A DNA stretch of 47,092 nucleotides from an uncultured Clostridium sp. (GTDB taxonomy: Bacteria > Bacillota_I > Bacilli_A > RF39 > UBA660): contig CALZLL010000002.1 in the NCBI GenBank assembly GCA_945788325.1, forward strand, positions 1-47,092, written 5' to 3'. Each line of letters opens with the position of its first letter. Within the stretch, counting starts at the first letter, position 1. Positions 18,545-28,847 of the stretch are shown piece after piece. Below the pieces are notes generated by a model. It ran no database searches. It was not told the origin of the DNA and saw nothing but the letters and a program-made list of their open reading frames with translations. Both the position numbers and the translations under genes were made by a program.

Positions 18545-19543
18545 CTACCTTTCTATGTTATTTTTTATGAACTCAAGTAGCGATACTACCTTTTCATAAT
18601 CCATTCTCTTTGGTCCCACAATCGCTATTGTACCAGCTTCTCCATTTACGCTATACTTAGTTTTTATAACTGATACATCATCATCAAAGTTATTTTCATG
18701 ACCAATGTATACGTTTATGTTGTTGTCTTCAGCTTCTATTTTTCTAACCATCTTATCATCATCAAACTTATTTAAGATTTCTTTTATCTTAGATACGTTA
18801 TCAAACTCTTGATAATCAAGAAGCTTAGTTCTACCTGACATATGCATATGACTCTTATACGAAAATTCGTTAAAAGCATTGTAAAAAGCTTGATATAAAG
18901 CTTCGTGAGATTTAACATAATTTCCTATTATTGGTTTAATTTCAAATTCAAGTTTAGCACTTACCTCATCAAGTGGTGTTCCAACAAGAAGTTTGTTAAT
19001 TAGCTCAACTACTTTTTTTACATCAGAAGTTGATATACCACTTTCTATATTTATTTCTTTATGTTCAATGTGTCCTTTATCAGTTATTACTATTGCGATA
19101 ACTTTACCCTTTTCAAAAGGAACAACTTCTACCTGCTTAAGTTTGTTATCAGAACTACTTGATCCTAAAACCACCGAAGTACAATTAGTTATTTCTGATA
19201 TTATTTCCATACTTTTAGCTATAACATCAGATATAACAAGTGATTTATTATCAAATATCCTTTGAAGTTTAAGTACGTCCTCACCAGTCATTTCTTTGGG
19301 CTTCATTAAGTTATCTACGTAATATCTATAACCCATTTCACTTGGTACCCTACCTGATGACGTATGAGTTTTTTCTAAGTAACCCATATCCTCTAAAGAC
19401 GCCATTTCATTTCTTATCGTTGCTGAAGAACAATTAAGCTCATCACATAATCCAGATGATCCAACTGGATTAGCAGTTTTTATATATTCTTCTACAATTA
19501 ATTTAAGAAGCTTGCGTTGTCTTTCACTAAGCAAGTACATCAC
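18545..19543 (-). CDS. hrcA: Heat-inducible transcription repressor HrcA
   Basis: N-terminal winged helix (LSERQRKLLKLIVEEYIKTANPVGS). Its position is first in the dnaK operon. Confidence 0.9.
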   Translation of the reverse strand: MMYLLSERQRKLLKLIVEEYIKTANPVGSSGLCDELNCSSATIRNEMASLEDMGYLEKTHTSSGRVPSEMGYRYYVDNLMKPKEMTGEDVLKLQRIFDNKSLVISDVIAKSMEIISEITNCTSVVLGSSSSDNKLKQVEVVPFEKGKVIAIVITDKGHIEHKEINIESGISTSDVKKVVELINKLLVGTPLDEVSAKLEFEIKPIIGNYVKSHEALYQAFYNAFNEFSYKSHMHMSGRTKLLDYQEFDNVSKIKEILNKFDDDKMVRKIEAEDNNINVYIGHENNFDDDVSVIKTKYSVNGEAGTIAIVGPKRMDYEKVVSLLEFIKNNIER

Positions 19544-19566
19544 CTTCTTTCTTGTAGTCTGCTAAT

Positions 19567-19595
19567 ATTATAATATGTCATTTTAGCAATGTCAA
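19567..19595 (-). promoter_or_regulatory. Consensus sigma-A promoter of the hrcA operon
   Basis: The minus strand reads TTGACA (19595-19590), 17 nt, then TATAAT (19572-19567). Confidence 0.6.
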
Positions 19596-19609
19596 TACAT
19601 GAGTGCTAA
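19583..19609 (-). promoter_or_regulatory. CIRCE operator (HrcA binding site)
   Basis: The minus strand reads TTAGCACTC-ATGTATTGA-CATTGCTAA, against the consensus TTAGCACTC-N9-GAGTGCTAA. One half is perfect and the other has 2 mismatches. It overlaps the -35. Confidence 0.65.
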
Positions 19610-20104
19610 AAAATAATTAAAAATTATTAAAACGTTTATTAATTCTTAAAAAAGATCCTTTAAACTATACTATGATAGTGTATTACAATAATTATAGGTT
19701 TGCTATGAACGATGAAAAATGATAAAAGATATCCATAAAGAAGCACAAAGTTACTTTGTCAATGATGAAAAATCTACATTTACAAATATAAAAAATACAA
19801 AAAATATGATCCAGTTCCTGGATTTGTTCTTAGTGAACAATTAGTTTTTTTAAGATTTTTAAACAAAATTTTTTTATGAAATGGAATATCCTTACTATGG
19901 TGGTAAGTTCTTTACTATTGATCTAAATAATATTAGATGTTTTTCATGTTTAATTTGTTATAAGTTAAGCTTTTTTATTTTCTCTAAATAAAACGCACTT
20001 TCCCTATATATAAAAAAGTAGCATAACTACGCAGGTTAATTTGTAATTATGCTGTCTTTGATATCCATATACATAACCATATCTATTATGATATATGTAA
20101 TTTT

Positions 20105-20353
20105 TTATTTTGACATTTTCTGTTCTTCTTCTGGTAATTCAAACCCCATACTTGTGTAATCTTCATCTAAAACCTCATTCATGTGAATAACAGCTTTAAT
20201 TCTTTCATCATAATCAAGTAATTCTAGTCTAGCAGCTAAATTTCTAGCCCACTCTATATTAGCTGCACATTTAGCTCTTACATTTTCTGGTGCTTTATCT
20301 AGCACCTCTGTATTTCTTTCTATTTTTGATAAATAATGTTCATTTCCGTACAT
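20105..20353 (-). CDS. Hypothetical 82-aa acidic protein
   Basis: ORF only, with no family recognised. It lies 22 nt downstream of the LRR gene. A weak hairpin and T-run follow at about 20019-20053. Confidence 0.45.
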   Translation of the reverse strand: MYGNEHYLSKIERNTEVLDKAPENVRAKCAANIEWARNLAARLELLDYDERIKAVIHMNEVLDEDYTSMGFELPEEEQKMSK

Positions 20354-20375
20354 AATTTAAAAACTCCTATATTTA

Positions 20376-21482
20376 TTATTTTACAACCTTTTCTCCATAC
20401 AAACCACCGTCTGTGTATTCATCAAAGTGAATATCCGCCCAACTTCCTTTAGTCACTATTATTTTTGTTTTATCTTTTTTTCCATAGTCTGAATCACTAT
20501 AATAAAATGCGTTAAAAGCAATATTTGTTACACTTTCAGGAATTGTTACGCTTTTAAGTGTAGGAATATCCGCAAAAGCCGCTTCCCCAATAGTAGTTAA
20601 TGAATTAGGTAATTTAACATCTTTTAATGATGTATGGCTAAATGCTTCTGCTTCAATAACTTTAAGATTATTATTCCATTTAACCTCACTTAATTTTATT
20701 GCTTCATAAAAAGCATTTTCATCTATCTTCTCAACATTATCTGGAATTTTAATTTTACTTAATGATTCACAGTAATAACAAAAATCATGTGGAATTTCTT
20801 TGATATTTTTAGGTAAGTTTATTGTTTTTAATTTATAGCATTGAGAGAAAAAATCAGCTGGTATTACAAAATCTGGATTTTCAAAAACTATACTTTCTAA
20901 AATATAATTACTGAAATCATCATTATTCCAAAAAATATCATAATCTGCTGTTTCATAATATGCAGGAATAATAAGATTTTTTTGCCTTAATCCTTTTTCT
21001 GTTAATGCATAAATTGTTGTATCATAACTTTCAAAATAAATGCTATTACTACCATTATTAGAAGTGCCAATACCACTACTATTATTTGTACTTGAATTAC
21101 GTAATAATATTATTAAGACTATAATAGTAACTAAAACTCCAACTATTACAAGTGTTAACTTGAGATTCATTTTATTTTTAACATTATCTATTGAAGAATT
21201 ACTTCCTTGTATATTATCATTAGTGTTAATTACTATATCACTATAATTATCACTAGCATCTGATTGTGAATTCATTTGATTAACATTATTTGATTGTTGC
21301 TGTAAATTTTGTTCATAATTACTATTAATATTTAAATTTTGATTTTTTTCTATGTTGGTATTAAAGCTTTCACTTGAGAAAAAGTTTCCATTTTGTTGAT
21401 TTGTATTAAATTCATTATTAGTACTATTTATACCATTCTGATTCAAGTTATTATAATCATTATCATTAAAATTATTATTCAT
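20376..21482 (-). CDS. BspA-type leucine-rich-repeat (LRR_5-like) membrane protein with an N/Q-rich N-terminus
   Basis: About 100 aa of Asn/Gln-rich low complexity, then one TM helix (LTLVIVGVLVTIIVLIILL). Repeats of the form IP.NV..I...AF..C..L..I.LP follow. Confidence 0.65.
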   Translation of the reverse strand: MNNNFNDNDYNNLNQNGINSTNNEFNTNQQNGNFFSSESFNTNIEKNQNLNINSNYEQNLQQQSNNVNQMNSQSDASDNYSDIVINTNDNIQGSNSSIDNVKNKMNLKLTLVIVGVLVTIIVLIILLRNSSTNNSSGIGTSNNGSNSIYFESYDTTIYALTEKGLRQKNLIIPAYYETADYDIFWNNDDFSNYILESIVFENPDFVIPADFFSQCYKLKTINLPKNIKEIPHDFCYYCESLSKIKIPDNVEKIDENAFYEAIKLSEVKWNNNLKVIEAEAFSHTSLKDVKLPNSLTTIGEAAFADIPTLKSVTIPESVTNIAFNAFYYSDSDYGKKDKTKIIVTKGSWADIHFDEYTDGGLYGEKVVK

Positions 21483-21796
21483 ATTTTCTCCTTTATTATT
21501 TCTATGTTAGATTATAATAAAATTGTATAATTTTTTTATTTTAAAGTCAATAATACATATATTTAATGTAAAATTTAAATACGATATCAAAAAAGATAAT
21601 ATACTTATTATTTCCGATTACTTAATACATTCATTAAACAATTGAGGCTTTATATTATAAAGTTTTGTTTTAATATCTAAATAGTTGGTTTAATTTTATT
21701 ATTATTCCCGTCAATGGTTTTAAAAGCTTTGTGGAAATGCAGTGGTAAACTAAAAGTAGATAATAAAAAAAGAACCATACATATGATTCTAATAAT

Positions 21797-22165
21797 TTAT
21801 TTGATAAATGAAATTACTTTTTCAATTCCAATAATATATATTACTAAAGCTGCTATATCAAGTACTAATAAGATTGATAATAAAACAATAAGTGGCGCTT
21901 TGTTTTTCTTAGGTTCTATTACTTGATTATTATCTTCTTTTTCTGTAGATTTCTCTTCAACTTTTTCTTCTTTTACCTCTTCATCTTCAAGCTTTGTTTC
22001 ATTTTCAATTGTTATATCATTACCAATTATAGGTTCTTCTATTGCTGGTTCATCAAGTTTAGGAGTATCACTTTCTTTTTCACCTGATACTTCTTCTTTT
22101 TTAGAAGCATCATCTATTTCTTCTATATCATCTATTTCTTCAATCATTTCATCTTTAGCATCCAT
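21797..22165 (-). CDS. Hypothetical acidic, tail-anchored membrane protein (122 aa)
   Basis: An E/D-rich N-terminal 85 aa, then a C-terminal TM helix (APLIVLLSILLVLDIAALVIYIIGI). A terminator hairpin with a T7 run lies at about 21766-21790. Confidence 0.5.
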   Translation of the reverse strand: MDAKDEMIEEIDDIEEIDDASKKEEVSGEKESDTPKLDEPAIEEPIIGNDITIENETKLEDEEVKEEKVEEKSTEKEDNNQVIEPKKNKAPLIVLLSILLVLDIAALVIYIIGIEKVISFIK

Positions 22166-22209
22166 TTTATATACCTCCGTATCTTATAATTAATTATACC
22201 TTAAGTTTA

Positions 22210-23316
22210 TCATTTATTCAAGAGTTTATATTTATCTAAAAATTTTAATATAACTTCATTTGATACATAAAGATACTTATTTTGTATAAAGACAAAATCA
22301 TTTTCTTCTTTTATTAAACCTTTTAATAATAATTCGTGATAATCAAATACATCACATAAGTTAACTTTATATTTTGCTTTAAATTCTTTTTTATTTATAC
22401 CATTTATTTTTCTTAAATTAAGCATTACTTCATCAAGCATCATTTGTTTTTTATTTATCTTTTCTTCATTTAATCTTTTATTATCATTTATATAATTAAT
22501 TATACTTCTAGTATTATCATACCTTATTTTATTAACAAATCCTGATGCACCTGCTCCAAAACCATAATATTCATCATTATTCCAATAAGTTAAATTATGT
22601 TTAGATTGATACCCTTCTTTTGCAAAATTACTTATCTCATAATGAATATATCCACTTTCTTTTAATTCTTTTATAATTGTATTATACATTTTTAGCGACA
22701 ATTCTTCATCCATTTTTATGTTACCCTTTATTTTTAAATCAGTATGATCTTCAATAATTAGAGAATAAGTACTAATATGATTTACGTTTAAACTTTTAAA
22801 TATTTTTATATCTTCTTTTAAATCATCAATCGTTTGTGTTGGTAAATCATACATTAAATCGACATTTATGTTATTAAAATACTCTTTAGCTAATTTTATT
22901 TTTTTAAGCATTTGATCTTTATTTATCTTTCTATTTAAAATACTTTGAAATTTATTATTAAAGCTTTCTATTCCGATACTAAGTCTATTTACCCTATTAT
23001 TTTTTAAAAATACAAGTAATTTTTTAGTTATATCTTCATAATTACATTCAAAAGTAAATTCATAATCCTTTTCTAATTTAAATTTACCAAATATCTTAAA
23101 TAATGTTTCTAATTCATCAGGTAATAAAGAGCTTGGTGTTCCGCCCCCAATATATAAAGTCTTTAACGTATCATTTTTATAATTTTCTTTTATTTCTTTT
23201 TCTAGTGCTAATAAGTATTTTTTTACTATTTTTTTATTATGATAATTTTTGCAAAAATCACAATAAGAACAAATAGTTTTACAAAAAGGAATATGAACAT
23301 AGCAACTTTTTATCAT
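22210..23316 (-). CDS. hemW: Radical SAM heme chaperone HemW (HemN-like)
   Basis: HIPFCKTICSYCDF (CxxxCxxC) and GGGTPS. Its position downstream of lepA matches Bacillus. Confidence 0.85.
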   Translation of the reverse strand: MIKSCYVHIPFCKTICSYCDFCKNYHNKKIVKKYLLALEKEIKENYKNDTLKTLYIGGGTPSSLLPDELETLFKIFGKFKLEKDYEFTFECNYEDITKKLLVFLKNNRVNRLSIGIESFNNKFQSILNRKINKDQMLKKIKLAKEYFNNINVDLMYDLPTQTIDDLKEDIKIFKSLNVNHISTYSLIIEDHTDLKIKGNIKMDEELSLKMYNTIIKELKESGYIHYEISNFAKEGYQSKHNLTYWNNDEYYGFGAGASGFVNKIRYDNTRSIINYINDNKRLNEEKINKKQMMLDEVMLNLRKINGINKKEFKAKYKVNLCDVFDYHELLLKGLIKEENDFVFIQNKYLYVSNEVILKFLDKYKLLNK

Positions 23317-24071
23317 TGTAACCTCATTGTTATTTCTTTTTTTTCTAATAAATCTTCATAGTAGCAATTATAACAATCATCACAGTATTTAATCGTTTTA
23401 TTCTTATCTCCTAAAATACTATTTGGAAGATAAGATAAAACTTCATTATTTAATATAGCTTGATTTACTATTCCACCATTATCAGTAATCATCATTTGTA
23501 TATATAATGGATTTATATATTTATTTTTTATTACGTAGTACGCATTATATCTATTTTTCATTTCATAATTTGGTTCTATCATTTCATATACGTTACTTAT
23601 TAACTTATCATTACAAACATTATATATGCATGCTTTATCATATGAATACATAATTATTTTTTTATCGTCTATACCATAATATGCCACCATGGATTGTAAT
23701 GGATTACTTGGTATTATAGTGCCATCTATATTAACAAACTTTGTATTTTCTAAATCAATAACGTAAAATTCTTCTTCAGAAACTTTATAAATTGCTTTCT
23801 TATTTTTATATACATTAATTTCATTATTATATTTATAACTTTTAAAAGAATCATAATCTACTATGTCTTTTCTAAATGGAACAACTAGTTTTAAATCTTC
23901 TGTTAAAACAGCGGTTATAACTTCAAGCATTTTGTTTGGTAACTCTTTTACATCCATTATTGGTATGTATCCATCTATTGATTTAGTACGATTTAAGTCT
24001 ACGTTAACTTTATAATCACCATATTCTAAATGTATTATTTTAGCTGGCATTATTTTAGCTTTTACCTTCAT
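23313..24071 (-). CDS. Hypothetical 252-aa protein, overlapping the hemW start by 4 nt
   Basis: ORF only. It has a C-terminal Cys cluster (YCDDCYNCYY). The 4-nt overlap with hemW suggests translational coupling. Confidence 0.5.
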   Translation of the reverse strand: MKVKAKIMPAKIIHLEYGDYKVNVDLNRTKSIDGYIPIMDVKELPNKMLEVITAVLTEDLKLVVPFRKDIVDYDSFKSYKYNNEINVYKNKKAIYKVSEEEFYVIDLENTKFVNIDGTIIPSNPLQSMVAYYGIDDKKIIMYSYDKACIYNVCNDKLISNVYEMIEPNYEMKNRYNAYYVIKNKYINPLYIQMMITDNGGIVNQAILNNEVLSYLPNSILGDKNKTIKYCDDCYNCYYEDLLEKKEITMRLQ

Positions 24072-24097
24072 TTATATTTCCCCCCCTTAAATGATTA

Positions 24098-25894
24098 TCA
24101 ATCACTATCTACTTTTAAAACCGATAAAAATGCTTCTTGTGGCACTTCTACATTGCCAACCCTTTTCATTCTTTTTTTACCTTCTTTTTGCTTTTCTAGT
24201 AACTTTCTTTTACGGGTAATATCTCCGCCATAACATTTAGCTAGTACGTTTTTTCTCATCGCTTTAATGTTACTTCTTGCGATTACCTTGGTACCAATTA
24301 CCGCTTGAATTGGTACTTCAAATAATTGTCTTGGTATTAATTTTCTTAAATTTTCAACCACGGCCTTACCACGAGTATATGCAAAATCCTTATGAGTAAT
24401 AGTAGATAAAGCATCAACTTCTTCACCATTAATTAAAATATCCATCTTGACTAAATTACTTGTTTTATAACCGATTACTTCATAGTCAAATGAGGCATAT
24501 CCCTTAGTAAAGGATTTTAATTTATCAAAGAAATCATAAACAACCTCAGATAAAGGTAATTCATAATGAATGTTTACTCTATCTTTCGTTATATAATCCA
24601 TGTCTAGATAAGTTCCTCTTTTATCTTGACATAATTCCATTACTGAACCAATAAACTCACTTGGTACAAAAATATTAGTTTTAATATATGGTTCTTTTAT
24701 TTCTTTTATCTTTGATTGATCAGGCATTTCATTTGGGTTATCAATTAATACTTCATCCCCATCCGTTTTAATAACTTCATAAACAACTGATGGACTTGTT
24801 GCGATTATATCAACACCAAATTCACGTTCTATGCGTTCTTCAGTAACATCCATGTGAAGCATACCTAAAAAACCACATCTAAATCCAAAACCTAAAGCTG
24901 TTGAAGTTTCGGGTTCAAAACTTAAAGAAGCATCATTTAGTTTTAGTTTCTCTAACGCATCTCTTAAATCAGTATACTTATTTGATTCTATTGGATAAAG
25001 TCCGCAGAAAACCATTGGTTTCATAGGTTTATAACCAGGAAGTAAAGTACCAGGATTTTTAGCGTTAGTAATCGTATCACCAACTTTAATATCACTAACA
25101 CTTTTAATTGATGCACAAAGATATCCAACTTCTCCTGCTTCTAAAGAATTTACTTTTCTTTCTTTCGGATCATGCTTACCTAGTTCAACTACTTCATATA
25201 AAGCTCCTGATGATACCATTTTTATTTTATCACCAACTTTAACCTTACCATTTACAACCCTAAGCCATATAATAGCTCCGCGATAAGATTCATAAAAACT
25301 ATCAAAGATTAAAGCTTGCAGTTTATCATTATCATCACCAGTAGGTGCCGGAATCTTTTCTACGATAGCATCTAAAAGTTCATCAATTCCAACTCCAGTT
25401 TTAGCACTTGTTAAGATTATTTCTTCTTCATTAAAACCAAAGGTATCTATTATTTCTTTTTTTACTCTTGGTACATCAGCATTTGGTAAATCTATTTTAT
25501 TAATGATAGGAATTATAGTTAAGTTATTTTCAAGTGCAAGATAAAGATTTGCTAACGTTTGAGCTTCTATTCCTTGCGATGCATCAACAACAAGTATTGC
25601 TCCTTCACAAGCTGCTAAAGACCTTGAAACTTCATAAGAAAAATCTACGTGTCCAGGGGTATCAATAAGGTGTAATAAATAAGTCTGTCCATCTTTTTTA
25701 TAAGTTAACTCAACCGCGTTTAACTTTATAGTAATTCCACGTTCACGCTCTAAATCCATTTGATCTAATAATTGAGCTTTAGCTTCTCTTTTAGTAACAG
25801 CACCAGTTTTTTCCATTATTCTATCAGCAAGCGTTGACTTACCATGATCTATGTGTGCAATAATACTAAAGTTTCTTATATTTTCTTTTTTCAT
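24098..25894 (-). CDS. lepA: Translation elongation factor 4 (LepA)
   Basis: [32 protein letters not shown], and the LepA-specific C-terminal domain. Confidence 0.96.
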   Translation of the reverse strand: MKKENIRNFSIIAHIDHGKSTLADRIMEKTGAVTKREAKAQLLDQMDLERERGITIKLNAVELTYKKDGQTYLLHLIDTPGHVDFSYEVSRSLAACEGAILVVDASQGIEAQTLANLYLALENNLTIIPIINKIDLPNADVPRVKKEIIDTFGFNEEEIILTSAKTGVGIDELLDAIVEKIPAPTGDDNDKLQALIFDSFYESYRGAIIWLRVVNGKVKVGDKIKMVSSGALYEVVELGKHDPKERKVNSLEAGEVGYLCASIKSVSDIKVGDTITNAKNPGTLLPGYKPMKPMVFCGLYPIESNKYTDLRDALEKLKLNDASLSFEPETSTALGFGFRCGFLGMLHMDVTEERIEREFGVDIIATSPSVVYEVIKTDGDEVLIDNPNEMPDQSKIKEIKEPYIKTNIFVPSEFIGSVMELCQDKRGTYLDMDYITKDRVNIHYELPLSEVVYDFFDKLKSFTKGYASFDYEVIGYKTSNLVKMDILINGEEVDALSTITHKDFAYTRGKAVVENLRKLIPRQLFEVPIQAVIGTKVIARSNIKAMRKNVLAKCYGGDITRKRKLLEKQKEGKKRMKRVGNVEVPQEAFLSVLKVDSD

Positions 25895-25939
25895 AAGTAA
25901 TCACCTTTTAGTATTATATCAAATAAAATAAAAAAAGTC

Positions 25940-26974
25940 TTAATTAAGACTCTTTATTCTTGACTTTATTTCTAAATATATATGTGTATCAATCATAGTA
26001 CAAGTTTTTTTATCTTCACAATATTGTTCAAAAGCCTCTAAAATAGCTAACATAATATCTTCATAATTATTTAAATAACTAGATGGTAATACTTCTTCAA
26101 TATTTGGAATAGTACTAACATTACATAAAGCTGGTAAATAAGCATCAACATAGTTTTTTATTTCTTCTTTGGTATCATCTACTACTTTTGTTTCAAAATA
26201 CTCAATATTTATTAAATGTTTATCTACTTTTTTAGGTTCAATATTTTTTTCTTCTGGTTTTTTATGCTCCACTTTTACAACTTTTTTTTCTTGTTCTTTT
26301 ATAATATTATTATGTCTTTTAGTATATTCTACTAGTTCTTTATAATATTCTTCCTTGCTTTTAAAATCTTTAACTTTAAAAAATGGATTATTTATTAGAT
26401 CTCTTAATTTTTTAATTATATCTTCATCTACTTCATTTTTAATTAAAATACACTCATAATATTTTTTAAATATATTAAAGTATTTATCTAAATATTCGTG
26501 AGCTTGTATAATATATACTCCGTGATTATACATAACAATTTTTAAAATATAAAACCAAACGTTAATAACAATAGGATTCATGGTTCTTACTATTTGATCA
26601 GTTATTTCATTTATATCGTTTGCAGATAATATTTTTTTATTTATTTTATAATTAATATTATATCTTGATAATATATCATTAAACATTCTTTCTATTTCAC
26701 CATTATATTCATAAAATAATAAATCATTATTATATAAATCCATTATGTTTATAACATCTTTTTTATTTTTAACCATATAACTATTATATTTAACTGGTTT
26801 ACCTATTTGTATAGAATTATTAACTAAAGCATTATCTATAAATCTCATATAACTTTTATAAAAATTCCCATAAGAACCATTTACTTTTTTTCTCATTTCT
26901 AAATATTTTTTAAAATCATTTTCAAATTTATACATATACGTTATATCCCCAATAAATGTTTTATATAATAACAC
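25940..26974 (-). CDS. Hypothetical 344-aa protein (the track start is GTG; an alternative ATG is at 26935)
   Basis: ORF only, with no recognisable motif. Confidence 0.45.
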   Translation of the reverse strand: MLLYKTFIGDITYMYKFENDFKKYLEMRKKVNGSYGNFYKSYMRFIDNALVNNSIQIGKPVKYNSYMVKNKKDVINIMDLYNNDLLFYEYNGEIERMFNDILSRYNINYKINKKILSANDINEITDQIVRTMNPIVINVWFYILKIVMYNHGVYIIQAHEYLDKYFNIFKKYYECILIKNEVDEDIIKKLRDLINNPFFKVKDFKSKEEYYKELVEYTKRHNNIIKEQEKKVVKVEHKKPEEKNIEPKKVDKHLINIEYFETKVVDDTKEEIKNYVDAYLPALCNVSTIPNIEEVLPSSYLNNYEDIMLAILEAFEQYCEDKKTCTMIDTHIYLEIKSRIKSLN

Positions 26975-27001
26975 AAAAAAAGCCTTTTTAAAAGCTTTTT
27001 A

Positions 27002-27982
27002 TTATTTATAAAATCCCATTTTAGTTTTTACTTCTTCAAGTTTTTCTTTAGCTATCTTTCTGGTTTTTTCTGCACCTTGTCTTAATATATCATCTAACTT
27101 AGAACTATTTATTAATTCATTATACTTATTTTGAATATCAGTTATTGTATTTACTACTACATCTGCCACATCTTTTTTAAATGTACCATAGTTAGAAGTT
27201 GCATACTTTTCTTCAACTTCTTTTATAGTCATATTAGTTAAACTAGAATATATGGTAATTAAATTAGAAATACCAGGTTTATTTTCTTCATCATAAACTA
27301 TTCTCATTTCAGAATCAGTTGTTGCTGACATTATTTTTTTTCTTATAACTTCTGGAGAATCAAGTAACTTTATAACTCCTTTATCATTTTCAGCTGATTT
27401 ACTCATTTTTTTTGTAGGATCTTGTAAATCATGTATTTTAGCTCCTGATACTGGCATAACAGGTTCTGGAATTACGAATGTATCTTTATATCTATTATTA
27501 AATCTTATCGCAACATCTCTAGCTAATTCTACGTGTTGTTTTTGATCAATACCAACAGGAACTATATCAATATCATAAAGTAATATATCCGCTGCCATTA
27601 ATGCTGGATATGTAAATAATCCTGCCGTAAAGTTTTCTTTATTTTTAGACTTTTCCTTAAATTGATGCATTCTAGATAGTTCTCCAAAATATGAAGTACA
27701 TTCTAAAATCCAACCTAGATTAGCATGATACTCATTTTGAGATTGAACAAATATAGTATTTTTTTCTGGATCAATACCACAAGCTAAATATAAAGCTACT
27801 AAACTTCTTGTAGCATCATTTAAATTTAATTCTTCATTGTACACGGTTATTGCGTGTAAATCTGCAACAAATAAATAAGATTCATATTCTCCTTGCATTT
27901 TTATCATTTCTTTAATTGCGCCAATATAATTACCTAAAGTAATTGTACCTGTTGGTTGTAAACCAGTTAACATTTTTTTCAT
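27002..27982 (-). CDS. trpS: Tryptophanyl-tRNA synthetase
   Basis: GLQPTGTITLGNYIG (HIGH-like region) and KMSKS. The ~326 aa size is typical. Confidence 0.95.
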   Translation of the reverse strand: MKKMLTGLQPTGTITLGNYIGAIKEMIKMQGEYESYLFVADLHAITVYNEELNLNDATRSLVALYLACGIDPEKNTIFVQSQNEYHANLGWILECTSYFGELSRMHQFKEKSKNKENFTAGLFTYPALMAADILLYDIDIVPVGIDQKQHVELARDVAIRFNNRYKDTFVIPEPVMPVSGAKIHDLQDPTKKMSKSAENDKGVIKLLDSPEVIRKKIMSATTDSEMRIVYDEENKPGISNLITIYSSLTNMTIKEVEEKYATSNYGTFKKDVADVVVNTITDIQNKYNELINSSKLDDILRQGAEKTRKIAKEKLEEVKTKMGFYK

Positions 27983-28080
27983 AATTTTTCCTTCTTTCTT
28001 ATATATTTATATTTTATTTTTTATATAATAACACACCATCGTTTATCTAATATCATTTTATCACGTCCTTTAATATAAAA

Positions 28081-28290
28081 ACTCCTATCCTATAGTAGGA
28101 TAAGAGTTTATTCTTATTTTTATTGCCACCTAATTTATGTACCATCATACATATGTTATAAGGTAACGGTTAACTACCGAGATAGCCTACTTGATATTTC
28201 TTTCGGTATCCATTCACAAGTCCATTTACTAAAACTTATATGTGATTTTACACCAACCAATCACTCTCTTTAATACTTATTTTAGCTACT
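28081..28290 (-). promoter_or_regulatory. T-box riboswitch leader of trpS (Trp specifier)
   Basis: The minus strand carries AAAGAGAGTGATTGGTTGGTGTAAAA (AG bulge and distal loop). The candidate specifier is AAATGGA (UGG plus a purine). The T-box variant is AATTAGGTGGCAAT. The terminator is ACTCTTATCCTA-cta-TAGGATAGGAGT followed by TTTTT. Confidence 0.62.
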
Positions 28291-28331
28291 ATTCTTGATC
28301 AACACTTTAAATATAACTTGATTATATATAA

Positions 28332-28793
28332 TTAACGTTGTTTTGTCAAATCATATTTTAGTTTTTTAACACAATCTTCAAAGTCTCCTTCTACTATGTT
28401 AACAGATTCTGCTATCATTAAATTTATTGGTAATCCAAAATCTTCTACGTTATAACCTTCATCATCTTTTTTTCCTATTTTACTTATCATATCTAAATCA
28501 CTATCTATGTACCCATATAATATTTTATTTTTAGCATATCCATATCCTAATTCAAAAGCGGTACCATCATCCATTGTTTGTCCTCTAAAATTATTTAAGT
28601 TAGCGACTAATATATCACTTTCGTTTATAAGACTTATATTACCATTAAATATATCTTTAGAACTTGATAACTTATTATCTAATGGATATAGTCCACAAAA
28701 ACCATATATGGAACATATTTTTTTATATTCTTCACCAATTTTTAATGCATCATCACTAAATACATCATATCCTGCAATATATATTTTTTTCAT
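28332..28793 (-). CDS. Nucleoside 2-deoxyribosyltransferase family protein
   Basis: KIYIAGYDVF at the N-terminus, and DDGTAFELGYGYAKNK (the catalytic Glu region). The 153-aa size is typical of salvage NDT enzymes. Confidence 0.7.
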   Translation of the reverse strand: MKKIYIAGYDVFSDDALKIGEEYKKICSIYGFCGLYPLDNKLSSSKDIFNGNISLINESDILVANLNNFRGQTMDDGTAFELGYGYAKNKILYGYIDSDLDMISKIGKKDDEGYNVEDFGLPINLMIAESVNIVEGDFEDCVKKLKYDLTKQR

Positions 28794-28847
28794 GTTATCA
28801 CCTAATTAAAAGTATATATAATTTATACTTTATTGTCAAAATAGTAT

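Noticed and set aside
28332-28793. The NDT-family protein considered as the missing retron effector
   Set aside because: It lies 24 kb away, embedded among housekeeping genes. At 153 aa it is single-domain, like salvage NDTs, and lacks the extra DNA-binding domain of retron NDT effectors. It is kept only as a low-interest note.
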